Assembly: GCF_003704095.1 (NCBI RefSeq)
Contig: NW_020843420.1
Location: 1-64,000, forward strand
Source: Pocillopora damicornis
Taxonomy: Eukaryota
Direction of reading: 5' to 3'
Length of the DNA stretch: 64,000 nt
A program made the translations under genes and the position numbers. The stretch's first letter is position 1; each line of letters begins with the position of its first letter. The notes beneath the pieces are model-generated. The model worked only from the letters and a program-made list of their open reading frames with translations, was not told the DNA's origin and searched no databases. This document shows positions 1-12,219 of this stretch, in pieces.

Positions 1-1020
1 AAACTATAGAGCGCGCCTAAAACTGACAAAGCAATCAAACGTAAACTACGGAGCGCGCTTAGACATGACGAAACAATCAAACGTAAACTACAGAGTGTAC
101 TTAGAACTAACAAATCAATCAAACATAAACTAAAAAGCGCATAGAACTAATTAAACAATTAAACGTAAACTACAGGGCGCGCTTAGAACTAACATAAAAA
201 TCAAATAAAAACAACAGAGCGCGCTTAGAACTAACAAAAAAAATCAAACGTTAACTACAGAGATCGCTTAGACCTAACAAAATAATCAAACGTAATTTAC
301 AGAGCGCGCTTAGGACTAGGAAAAACAATCAAACGTAAACTACAGAGCGCGCTTAGACCTAACAAGACAATCAAACGTAAACTACAGAACGCGATTCGAC
401 CTAACACGACAGTCAAACATTAACTACAGAGCGCGCTTAGACCTAACAAAATAAATGTAATTTACAGAGCGCTTAAAACTAACAAAAAAATCAAACGTAA
501 ACTACAGAGTACGCTTAGACCTAAGAAAACAATCAAACATAAACTACAGCGCACGCTTAGAACTAAGAAAGAGCGCGCTTAGTAACAAAATAGTGAAACA
601 TAAATTACAGAGCGCGCTTAGTAACAAAACAATCAAACGTAATTTACAGAACGCGCTTAGAACTACAGAGCACGCTTAGGCCCAACAAAACAATCAAACG
701 TAAACTACAGAGCGCGCTTAGAACTGAGAAAACAATCAAACGTAAACTACAGATGCCGCTTAGACCTAACAAGACAATCAAACGTAAACTACAGAGCAGC
801 GCGCTTACACCTAACAAGACAATCAAACGTAAACTATAGAACGCGACTTGACCTAACAAGACAGTCAAATATAAACTACAGAGCGCGCTTAGACCTAACA
901 GAATAATCAAACGTAATTTACAGAGCGCGCTTAGAACTAACAAAACAATCAAACGTAAACTACAGAGTACGCTAAGACCTAACAAAACAATCAAACGTTA
1001 ACTGGAAAGCGCACTTAGAA
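1..1020. repeat. 42-bp minisatellite array, copy 1 (runs off the window start)
   Basis: Tandem units of about AAACTACAGAGCGCGCTTAGACCTAACAAAACAATCAAACGT with substitutions and indels. They explain the 14-aa periodic ORF at 644-994. Confidence 0.95.
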
Positions 1021-1300
1021 CTTACAAAGTACAAAAGTATCCCTCACATATGGAGGACAGAAGTGGCTAAGGATTACTTGTTCTGCAATCTGTTGTAACT
1101 CTGACCCATTCNNNNNNNNNNNNNNNNNNNNNNNNNNNNNNNNNNNNNNNNNNNNNNNNNNNNNNNNNNNNNNNNNNNNNNNNNNNNNNNNNNNNNNNNN
1201 NNNNNNNNNNNTCCTGTCCATAAAGAACTCGATTCTCACCCAAAACCATTTCACAGAACTAGTATTATTATTAACTCGTGCTTCCTGTTGGTGTACTTAG

Positions 1301-1924
1301 GTGATCTTATCGCTTACTATCCTCTAAACGAGGAATTTAAAGCAAGAGAAATTGACGATAAGCAACCGGCTGGAGTTTTAGGGCAAGTGGAGCTCACAAC
1401 TGGACCCCATGGAGAAACCAATGGATCCTACCAGTTTTCAGGCAACCCAAACAGTTTCATAGAGTTCCCCAATGACGGAGGACTGGACACCCTACACTCT
1501 ATAACCCTGATGTGCTGGGTTCAGCCCGGTGGTCGAGACGGGCCGCTCTTTAACTACAAGAACTCCGGAGCTTGGGGAGTCCATATTTGGATAGTTAACG
1601 GCAAGTTCTTTAACAGGATCACCAAATACCCAAATCATGCGTTTTTCGATGCTATATTGACTGATCAGGCACTTCCAGTGGGACAGTGGGCCCATGTTGC
1701 GGCAACTTATGATCATATCACTGGAGTCAACTCTTTGTACGTCAATGGCCATTTGTCTAAAACAAAATACATCGGCACAACTGACAGGATATCGACCAAC
1801 GACGGGCAAGTTCGAATGGGCGTTAAGATTGGCGACTCCAGATACTTTAATGGCAAAATAGCTCAAATGAAAGTTTTTGACGTTGCTCTAGATGAGGCCG
1901 ACATACAAGCTGCCATGAATGAAG
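1301..1924 (+). CDS. LamG/concanavalin A-like (Laminin_G_3/pentraxin-like) domain exon, cassette 1
   Basis: ttag|GTGATCTT ... GAAG|gtaac; 624 nt, phase 1-1. Motifs LIAYYPLNE, SITLMCWV, GQWAHVAATYD, LYVNG, YFNGKIAQMKVFDVAL are typical of LamG-like jellyroll folds. Confidence 0.85.
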
Positions 1925-2377
1925 GTAACGCACTTCAAAAGAAACATGCCTTTTTTAATTTGATGAAAAGTTTCGTCCACTAGCTTCCTGATTCAAATAT
2001 TCAATAAATTGTAGCGAAGTTGGGGTTTATGGAAGTCAGGGTCATTCTGCGACATTTTCCATATTTAAATATAATTTATTTTTAGAGAACTACTAGTTTT
2101 CCAGTAACTGCCAAAAACAAATTCGATTCTGTTGCTCTTACGACTACTAACTCTTAATCTATTGCCAAAAAAGTATGATACTTTTACTCCTAAAAATACG
2201 GGCTCTTCCCCTTTGCTAAAATATAAAGAAATTTACCATGAGTGATTGTTTTAAAGGAACTCTACTGATTCTAAAATAACCCTGGAAAGTAGTTTGTTTC
2301 AGTCCTGTCACATTCCCTCAAAACTGTTCCGCATATCAGTACAGCAATTAATTACTTTTTTGCTTTCGTGTTTTGAG

Positions 2378-3001
2378 GTCATCTTATCGCTTACTATCCT
2401 CTAAACGAGGAATTTAAAGCAAGAGAATTTGACAATAAGCAGCCAGCTGGAGTTTTAGGGCAGGTGGAGCTCACAACTGGACCCCATGGAGAAACCAATG
2501 GATCCTACCAGTTTTCAGGCAACCCAAACAGTTTCATAGAGTTCCCCAATGACGGAGGGCTGGACACCCTACACTCTATAACCCTGATGTGCTGGGTTCA
2601 GCCCGGTGGTCGAGACGGACCGCTCTTTAACTACAAGAACTCCGGAGCTTGGGGTGTCCATATTTGGATAGTTAACGGCAAGTTCTTTAACAGGATCACC
2701 AAATACCCAAATCATGCGTTTTTCGATGCCATATTAACTGATCAGGCACTTCCAGTGGGACAGTGGGCCCATGTTGCGGCAGCTTATGATCACATCACTG
2801 GAGTCAACTCTTTGTACGTCAATGGCCATTTGTCTAAAACAAAATACATCGGCAAAACTGACAGAATATCAACGAACGACGGGCAAGTTCGAATGGGCGT
2901 TAAGATTGGCGACTCCAGACACTTCAATGGCAAAATAGCTCAGATGAAAGTTTATGACGTTGCTCTAAATGAAGTCGACATTAAAGCTGCGATGAATGAA
3001 G
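2378..3001 (+). CDS. LamG-like domain exon, cassette 2
   Basis: ttttgag|GTCATCTT ... GAAG|gtaac; 624 nt, phase 1-1. About 27 nt differences from cassette 1 by hand count. Confidence 0.85.
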
Positions 3002-4591
3002 GTAACGAGTAGTTTAAGAAATATGTCTTCTATACTTCAAGACATATGTCGTTTGCTAACTTTTCGATGTAAACATATCTCACCCTCAAGTAATTTAAGG
3101 TGCATGATCTAAGTTCGTCTAATAGCTGAATACGTTTATCATTCCACTACTTGATTCTTCTGCGAAACGATGTCTTGGGAAANNNNNNNNNNNNNNNNNN
3201 NNNNNNNNNNNNNNNNNNNNNNNNNNNNNNNNNNNNNNNNNNNNNNNNNNNNNNNNNNNNNNNNNNNNNNNNNNNNNNNNNNCGAATTTTTTATTCTTTC
3301 ATGAACACTATTTATGGAAGCTAGAAAACGCAACTGAGTAACCCAAATCTTTCGGCTGATGCCAGGTCAAGTCTACAAATAGCATAAAAAGTACTGAGCT
3401 TAGTCAAATACAAAAACATATGTTGAGCTTTCTTGTGAAAGGGGGTGTTTTTTTTTTGTATTTAAATAGCAATTCCTATCAGCAGAGTAACACGTGTCTC
3501 CAAAGATTGTTACATTTTCGATCAGTTGCAGGACATTTTGATGGCCGAATTGCATTTCCAATCTACCTTTTTTTTTCTTTTCTAAGTGAAGCAGAACTTG
3601 CCTTGCCTTAAAAGTCAATTGGGTGAATCAAGAACTTCACAAAACCTTTTATAGCATCAGGGTTATAAAGAACTGTTTAACTGAAAAGACTTCAACACAA
3701 TTTCAAAGTTTGTCTTGTGAAAGGAAAAACATGCCTCCTTCTCAATCAAATATAACGATTCTGAGCAATTCATCTCATAAGTGACTTCAACACAAATTAA
3801 AGATGTGTTGTGGCTTACTGATTTTCTTCTTTTTTTTTTTTCCTTTATTTCTGGATGAAAAAATCCGGTCTTGAAGAACATACGCAGTTCGAAGATGAAA
3901 GCTGTTATTTAGGTCTTGTTTTTCACCAAACCATTTGATGTTTCATTAAAAAAAAAAAGTGCGCTTCTCTCACTGACGGAACATCTTGCTAAACAGGCAC
4001 TTCCGTAACTTTGCATTCTTCATATACCAACCCCTACATGAAAACTATTATTTAATATAAAGATTTAACTAAAAGCAGCAAAATTTCAGAATCATAAACT
4101 ACAATAGTATACCTACCATTGGTATAAATCTAATAAAATGTGACTCAATAACAAGGACGAAATAAAGTTTCGAATTGTGCTGTCTGCAAGAAGGCGTTTT
4201 CATCAAACTGGAAACTTCAAGTCGACATGAGAGGTGTATGCGGCAACCGATAAAAATTTTTCCACACGCAATGGCCAACTCGAAATTTAGGGTGGAAAAA
4301 GAGTGAATTGTATGGCGTGTACTACCCTCCTAAATACCTATATACCGCAGAAATTTAGTGACTGAAGACCAAAAAGTAGACCTTTCCACGGCATAGGGAA
4401 CTTTTGAAACCTGAACGCAGTTTAAATGTTTATAATGCATTTTGCTTTGAAAGTCTGGCAAAGATTTTCACAGGGCAGAACGAGAGTAAAGTCTAGTTTC
4501 AGGAAATACGAAAACCGGGTCCCAATAAAGATAAAGGGCGATTTTTTAGCTGAAGAGACAACAAAGTTACAAAAGTGCCTATCATACCTCT

Positions 4592-4624
<33 letters not shown>

Positions 4625-5025
4625 NNNNNNNNNNGGGTATATAAACTTGCCGATCATCGCTGAGTTTTTTCACAACCCGACACTATTTTACTCTGATACA
4701 TTACTTAACACTTTGTCACCCATATCCTATGTTACGCAGTGGTCATTGGCTGTACTTATAATGTTCAATTCTATATCACAACTAGTCTTAATTTCATGAA
4801 GGTGGGCTCACACAAAGGGAATAGTCCTTGCAACTCGTCTTCGTCCCTTGATCACAATCCAGAGGTCCGGCTTTCCCCCAAATCATCCGGACTCTTGCAG
4901 ATGAACTGTTGCTGACACAAGTCCCTGCGACAAAATGAATGCAATCGCCAATCAGTATTTTAGGTCGATCTTTAATGGGTTCTATTTCAAAATAATTGGC
5001 CATGGTCCGCAGAATAAATCTCCAG

Positions 5026-6389
5026 TATAGTGACACGCGTCCTGTATACTGTTAAAATCAACAATGTCAACAGCGTCATGTTTGTAAATCGACAAAGAAA
5101 GATGGTAACTTTTGAGCTCGGTAAGAAATGGACAAGGATGTTTTTCACCTTGTCACGAGGGTGGAACAAAGAAAAATGATCCTAGCAGTATGTCCTACCA
5201 CTGTGCACGGAGGTTTCGACTGTGGTTTCGGTTAGGAATTCCTTCCTTGCTAGAAAATGTGAGAATTTCTTGTTACAGAAGGGACCAATTAAATTTACTG
5301 CTACAACACGTGCTATGCGAAATCTCTCCTCTACCGGTTTGCGGGAAACAAGTATCAGTCTTCTTGGCAGGTGGATACTAATGTATCTCAGTTCTCTTAC
5401 TGTGAAGACTATTGGCTCTCTTATTGCCAAAATAAGATTCAATTCTCTTACCTTTAAAAACACCGGTTTTTCATCTTTTATCGAAACAAAAATACATAAA
5501 TAGGGATTTGATATCAGTGATTGGTTTATATGACCTTTACTGAATCCACGTTAGCATAGCAAGCGCATTTCTTTAAATCCTGTCCATAAAGAACTCGATT
5601 CTCACCCAAAACCATTTCACAGAACTAGTATGGTTATTAACTCGTGCTTCCTTTTGGTGTACTTAGGTGATCTCATCGCTTACTATCCTCTAAACGAGGA
5701 ATTTAAAGCAAGGGAAATTGACGATAAGCAACCGGCTGGAGTTTTAGGGCAAGTGGAGCTCACAACTNNNNNNNNNNNNNNNNNNNNNNNNNNNNNNNNN
5801 NNNNNNNNNNNNNNNNNNNNNNNNNNNNNNNNNNNNNNNNNNNNNNNNNNNNNNNNNNNNNNNNNNNGGATTCAGTAAAGGTCATATAAACCAATCACTG
5901 ATATCAAATCCCTATTTATGTTTTTTTTTTCGATAAAAGATGAAAAACCGGTGGTTTTAAAGGTAAGAGAATTGAATCTTATTTTGGCAATAAGAGAGCC
6001 AATAGTCTTAACAGTAAGAGAACTGAGAAACATTAGTATCCACCTGCCAAGAAGACTGATACTTGTTTCCCGCAAACCGGTAGAGGAGAGATTTCGCATA
6101 GCACGTGTTGTAGAAGTAAATTTAATTGGTCCCTTCTGTAACAAGAAATTCTCACATTTTCTAGCAGGGAAGGAATTCCTCACCGAAACCACAGTCGAAA
6201 CCTCCGTGCACAGTGGTAGGACATACTGCTAGGATCATTTTTCTTTGTTCCACCCTCGTGACAAGGTGAAAAACATCCTTGTCCATTTCTTTACCGAGCT
6301 CAAAAGTTACCATCTTTCTTTGGCGATTTACAAACATGACGCTGTTGACATTGTTGATTCTAACAGTATACAGGACGCGTGTCACTATA
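5026..6389. repeat. Inverted duplication across an N gap (5026-5547 vs 5868-6389)
   Basis: Reverse complements with only scattered substitutions. The ORF track shows mirrored ORFs (5222+ vs 5872-, 5182- vs 5918+). Confidence 0.9.
5667..5767 (+). CDS. LamG-like domain exon, cassette 3 (truncated by N gap)
   Basis: Same acceptor and upstream intron as cassette 1 (5578-5666 vs 1212-1300). Encodes DLIAYYPLNEEFKARE...VELTT, then the gap. Confidence 0.75.
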
Positions 6390-6590
6390 TGAACTTGGTA
6401 ATAAGCCTTGCTCACCGTAGAGTCTATGAGGCTCAGTAGTAAAGCATCGGAGTGCGGAATCCGAAGGTTTGAGGTTTTATTTCTCATGGGGACTCAGAAT
6501 TTTTTCTTTGTCCCTCGCTCGTGACAAGATAAAAAAAACCTTCTTACATTTCTTTACCGAGCTAGAAACTTACTCTCTGTCTTAATCTAT
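6240..6590 (+). mobile_element. tRNA-derived SINE-like repeat (family A)
   Basis: GGCTCAGTAGTAAAGCATCGGAGTGCGGAATCCGAAGGTTTGAGGTT...CTCATGGGGACTCAGAATTTTTT has A/B-box-like motifs. Related copies at 5026-5177, 38530-38665 and 54310-54790. Confidence 0.65.
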
Positions 6591-6766
6591 GTTAATGTAC
6601 TTCTAAACATTTGGTTTCTATATGCTGAACCCGGCAGAATGAAGCTAACCTTTACTGACCCCTCCTCCTCTTCAAATCACTTGAAGGTAAGAGATATTTT
6701 AATCAAAAACTTAGTGGACGAAATATGTCGTGAAATATATGTGACTTTCTTTTAACTGCACCTTAC

Positions 6767-7390
6767 CTTCATTCATGGCAGCTTTTACATCGACTTCATC
6801 TAACGCATCGTCATAAACTTTCATCTGAGCTATTTTGCCATTAAAGTATCTGGAGTCGCCAATCTTAACGCCCATTCGAACTTGCCCGTCGTTAGTTGAT
6901 ATCCTCTCCGTCGTGCCGATGTATTCTGTTTTAGACAAATGGCCATTGACGTACAAAGAGTTGACTCCAGTGATGTGATCATAAGTTGCCGCAACATGGG
7001 CCCACTGTCCCACTGGAAGTGCCTGATCAGTTAATATGGCATCGAAAAACGCATGATTTGGGTATTTGGTGATCCTGTTAAAGAACTTGCCGTTAACTAT
7101 CCAAATATGGACTCCCCAAGCTCCGGAGTTCTTGTAGTTAAAGAGCGGCCCGTCTCGACCACCGGGCTGAACCCAGCACATCAGGGTTATAGAGTGTAGG
7201 GTGTCTAGTCCTCCGTCATTGGGGAACTCTATGAAACTGTTTGGGTTGCCTGAAAACTGGTAGGATCCATTGGTTTCTCCATGGGGTCCAGTTGTGAGCT
7301 CCACCTGCCCTAAAACTCCAGCTGGCTGCTTATTGTCAATTTCCCTGGCTTTAAATTCCCCATTTAAAGGATAGTAAGCGACAAGATGAC
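6767..7390 (-). CDS. LamG-like domain exon, cassette 4 (inverted relative to the others)
   Basis: Minus strand taag|GTCATCTTG ... GAAG|gtaagg; 624 nt; translated in ORF 6711-7304. Confidence 0.85.
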
Positions 7391-7729
7391 CTTAGTATAG
7401 AAACAGAAAAAACGAATTAATTACCATACTGATATGTGAAACAGTTTTGAGTGAATCTTGAGCTTCTGGAGGCACTTTCATTGAAATTCAGGGAGTTGAA
7501 GTGGTGAAAAACAATTGGTCGTGAACGGAAAATTAACCGAAAAAATGGCAAAAAGTGTTCATTCACGTCAATTTTACAGCATATTGCCGATCTATAATAT
7601 TGGTCAGTCATTTAGAATTTTCAGCTCCTGGTTTCGATATAGAACTGATCCAGAACTTGAAAACAGCAGTTGCGTTTTCTAGCTTCCATAAATAGTGTTC
7701 ATGAAAGAATAAAAAATTCGTTTCTATTC

Positions 7730-8915
7730 ACGCTTAGACCTAACAAGACAACCAAACGTAAACTACTGAGCGCGCTAAGAACTAACGAAACAATCAAACG
7801 TAAACTATAGAGCGCGCTTAAAAACTGACAAAACAATCAAACGTAAACTACTGAGTGCGCTTAGACCTAGTGAAACAATCAAACGTAAACTACAGAGTGT
7901 GCCTAGAACTAACAAATCAATCAAACATAAACTACAAAGCGCGCTAAGAACTAATTAAACAATCAAACATAAACTAAAGAGCGCGCTGAGAACTGAGAAG
8001 ACAATCAAACGTAAACGACAGAGCGCGCTTGGACCCAACAAAAAAATCAAACGTAAACTACAAAGCGCACTTTGACCTAACAAGACAGTCAAACATAAAC
8101 TACAGAGCGCACTTAGAACTAAAAAAATAATCAAACGTAAATTACAGAGGGCGCTAAGACCTAACAAGACAGTGAAACATAAACTGCAGAGCGCGCTTAG
8201 AACTAAAAAAATAATCCAATGTAAACTACAAAGCGCGCTTAGACCTATCAAGACAGTCAAACAAACTACAGAGCGCGCTTAGAACTAATAAAATAATCAA
8301 ACGTAAACTACTGAGCGCGCTTAGACCTAACAAGACAATCAAACATAAATTACAGAACGCCCCTAGAACTAACAAGACAATCAAACGTAAATTACAGAGC
8401 ACGCTTAGTCCTCACAAAACAATCAAACTTAAGCTACAGAGTGCGCTTTGACCTAACAAGACAGTCAAACATAAACTAATGAGTGCACTTTGACCTAACA
8501 AGACAGTCAAACATAAAATACAGAGCGCGCTTAAACCTAACAAAACAATCAAACGTAAACTACAGAGTGCACTTTGATCTAACAAGACGGTCAAACATAA
8601 ACTACAGAGCGCGCTTAGACCTAACAAAACAATCAAATATAAACTACAGAGTGCACTTTGACCTAACAAGACAGTCAAACATAAACTACAGAGCACACTT
8701 AGAACTAACAAAACAATCAAACATAAACTACAGGGCACGCTTAGGCCTAACAAAACAAACAAACGTAAACAACGGAGCGCACTTTGAACTAACAGAACAA
8801 TTAAACACTTACGACAAAGCGCGCTTAAAACCAACAAAACAATCAAACGTAAACTACAGAGCGCGCTTAGAACTAACAAAAGAATCAAACGTTAACTACA
8901 AAGCGCACTTAGAAC
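7730..8915. repeat. 42-bp minisatellite array, copy 2
   Basis: Same unit as 1-1020, followed by the same unique flank (TCCCTCACATATGGAGGACAG...). Confidence 0.95.
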
Positions 8916-9946
8916 TTTCAAAGTACAAATTATCCCTCACATATGGAGGACAGAGGTGGCAAAGGATTACTTTTTCTGCAATCTGTTGTAACTCTGGCCC
9001 ATTCTCCGCGTCCTTGCCTTATTTTTCCAGTGTCGGTGCACGTGGATGACGTGTGCACGACGGGTAGTTGTCGAAACGTACTCGTAAAGCGATGAAGGAA
9101 AGGAAAACGCACCACTGAGGGATACAATTGGCATTGAAAGATTTTTATTCACGAGTTGCTATGCATCAAAAAACGAACGAGTGAGTTGTTTTATGCATGG
9201 CAACAAGTGAATAAAAATCGTTCAAGCATTTTCTATGGTGTAATGTTTTTATTTCATACGTACTGAAATTTTTTCTTGCTGAAAGCCGTACGCTTGTTGC
9301 CCTCCTCTGTGAAGTACTATCGTTCATGTTTACGATTGGACGAACGATGTATTTTCAGTCATTCGCTCAGTATGTATGAAATAATAATGTGCCCTGCACA
9401 GTTACAAAAATGCCTGTCACGTTACAGAAGTGCCCCTTTGTGTTACAAAAGTGCCTGAAAAAAGAAACAAAAGTGTCCTTTCCTCTGGCTCTCTCTCCCA
9501 CCTCATGGCTATTATTTAAAAGCGGAAAAAAAGACTTGCCTCCAAGGCTCAGGTGCTAATACTCTATGCCGCGGTTTTACGTTTAATGACCTCTAAAATT
9601 ACAGTGTCCTTCTTTTGTTCAGAACAGGAAAAAATTCTCATTCGAGCGCTTACGTTCAAATAACTCAGTCAATCGTTAATCTTTTGTATTTACTGAAACA
9701 CAACATGTTAATTATGGAATTTGGATAAGTTGCGTCAGAGAACCCTTAAGTTATAAGTACAGTTAACGGTTTGTGCACTTTAAAATCTCTTTACTTTGTT
9801 AATTAGCTATCAGTCCAAGAACGCTTCTGCAATGGCCATTTAATAGNNNNNNNNNNNNNNNNNNNNNNNNNNNNNNNNNNNNNNNNNNNNNNNNNNNNNN
9901 NNNNNNNNNNNNNNNNNNNNNNNNNNNNNNNNNNNNNNNNNNNNNN

Positions 9947-10215
9947 AACTACAGAGCACGCTTAGACCTAACAAAACAATCAAGCATAAACTACAGAGCG
10001 CGCTTAGACCTAACAAAACAAACAATAACCAACAGAACGCGCTTTGAACTAACAGAAGAATTAAACGCTAACGACAAAGCACGCTTAAAACTAACAAAAC
10101 AATCAAATGTAAACTACAGAGCGCAGTTAGACCTAACAAAACAATCAAACGTAAACAACGGAGCGCATTAGAACTAACAAAAGAATCAAACGTTAACTAC
10201 AAAGCGCAGTTATAA
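9947..10215. repeat. 42-bp minisatellite array, copy 3 (starts at a gap)
   Basis: Same unit. Flank 10215-10685 is homologous to 8920-9385 and, in part, 1021-1111. Confidence 0.9.
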
Positions 10216-11153
10216 CTTACAAAGTACAAAGTACCCCTCACATATGGAGGACAGAGGTGGCAAAGGATTACTTGTTCTGCAATCTGTTGTAACTCTGACC
10301 CATTCTCCGCGTCCTTGCTTTATTTTCCTAGTGTCGGTGCACTTTGGTGACGTGTGCACGACGGGTAGTTGTCAAAACGTACTCATAAAGCAATGAAGGA
10401 AAGGAGAACGCACCGCTGAGGGATACAATGGGAATCGAACGATTTTTATTAACGAGTTGCTGTGCATCAAAAAACGAACGAGCGAGTTTTTTTTATGCAA
10501 AGCAACGAGTGAATAAAAATCGTTCAAGCATTTTCCATGGTGTAATGTATTTATTTCATACGTACTGAGATTTTTTCTTACTGAAAGCAACACGCTTGTT
10601 GCCCTCCACTGTGAAGTACTATCGTTCATGTCTACGATTGGACGAACGATGTATTTTCAGTCGTTCGCTCAGTATGTACGAAATAAATTACGGTACTTTC
10701 AATGTTTTGAGAATCAGATACCGTATCAACACTTTTTTGAGCATAAATCTTTCCAAATCCTGAATAATTACTATTTGTTATCAGAACGATTGTCTGCCGC
10801 AATCCTCAACCCTTAACAAAACGATCTATTTTTTTTGGTGAAAGAACGTTTCCTGTCCACGTAGAACGTTCGAAGTACTACCCTTCTGATCCCCTAACTC
10901 TATCGACTCGGACGTCGTCCAGTTTAAAAGTTCCATTTTCTAAAAAGCAACTGAAGTGGTTGCGTTAACAAATTTTTTAAGGGTTTAAGTAGTTCAGGAA
11001 TTAAAAAATATTTATAAATTTCCATAGTTACAAAAGTGCCCTAAAAGTTACCAAAATGCCCTGCACAGTTACAAAAGTGCCTGTCACGTTACAGAAGTGC
11101 CCTCTTGTGTTACAAAAGTGCCTGAAAAAAGATAGAAATGTGCCCTTTCCTCC

Positions 11154-11207
<54 letters not shown>

Positions 11208-11234
11208 CAATATGTGTGAGGGTTTGGGTGGAGT

Positions 11235-11346
11235 TAGCCTACGTGTAGCCGTACCCTCCCCCGATGGTGAAACGGAAGCGAGGGATGCGGGTTGCCTCGC
11301 TTTCGTTTCACCTTGGCGGGGGAAGGGTACGGCTACACGTAGGCTA
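11235..11346. mobile_element. 112-bp palindromic MITE with 9-bp TSD
   Basis: TIRs TAGCCTACGTGTAGCCGTACCC / GGGTACGGCTACACGTAGGCTA. Direct repeat GGGTGGAGT at 11226-11234 and 11347-11355. Confidence 0.85.
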
Positions 11347-12219
11347 GGGTGGAGTTGATTTATGAAAGCACCGGGTAGTACCGTTGGGGCCACACATCTT
11401 ATCATCAAAACAATTTTTCATGACATTTTTCCACCAACATTTTCAACTCAAAATTTTGGTGAAGGATGGATGAATTATGCTTGTTGTATCAAGTAATTCA
11501 AGTTTTATTTTCAACATTTAAGTTTTGTTTTCAAAATCAAATTCTATGCACGCTTCGGTCAGGATTTCAAGTCTCCCATTCTGTCGCTTTAGGGTAGCTG
11601 TCCTGGGAAAACCTTTTGACGGAGCTAAAATCTCACCGTGGTAATTTGTAGTCTCGTCAAAAAATATCGTTTTTATTGCTTTCGTTGAGCCAAACTTCGT
11701 AAGAGTTGCGCTTCTTGGTCGCGGCATCAGATAAAGTCGCACAGCATGTGAAAACCAGCTAGACACAAAACATTATAGAAAAAGTTACATTTCCTGATCA
11801 CTTCCTCATTGATTTAGTGAAACAATTCACTATATGCTTGTGAATGTGAGAGCATCATAGGAGCGTTTTCAGGCTTCAAAAGAAATAAGGACGTGAAGCC
11901 CAAGGCCCTGTTTTATAAGCTCGACACTAAAAGCGTTTCTTCCCCCGCAAATAAGTTTGAGGTCTTGAGCACCGCTTGCCTGCGAGAGTTTTGTAAGTGG
12001 TCATGTACCGATAGTGACTGCCGAATTTTTTGTAGACCTCTCGCCGGCTCGGCCTCTCACAGGGTTTCGAGGATCCTTGGGTTTTGAGTATCCCGCTGTG
12101 ACAGCATTAGTAACAACTGAGTTACGAAGCCAAAAGTTGAGAGAGAGGGAAATTTTAGAAGAGGTGGAGGTGGGGAAGGGGTTAGTGTGTGATACGGGAT
12201 TATGCGTTTTTAATTTTTC

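Noticed and set aside
644-994. Hydrophobic repeat ORFs (LRLIVLLGLSALCS)n and the plus-strand (NVNYRARLDLTKQS)n ORFs, also 7955-9049
   Set aside because: By-products of the 42-bp unit. The arrays contain frame-breaking indels and stops, with no convincing splice or start context.
1-1020. Regular repeats resembling a CRISPR array
   Set aside because: No unique spacers and no cas genes; eukaryotic minisatellite.
5112-6487. Several 60-110 aa ORFs on both strands
   Set aside because: They lie in duplicated intronic or SINE sequence, with no recognisable domain.
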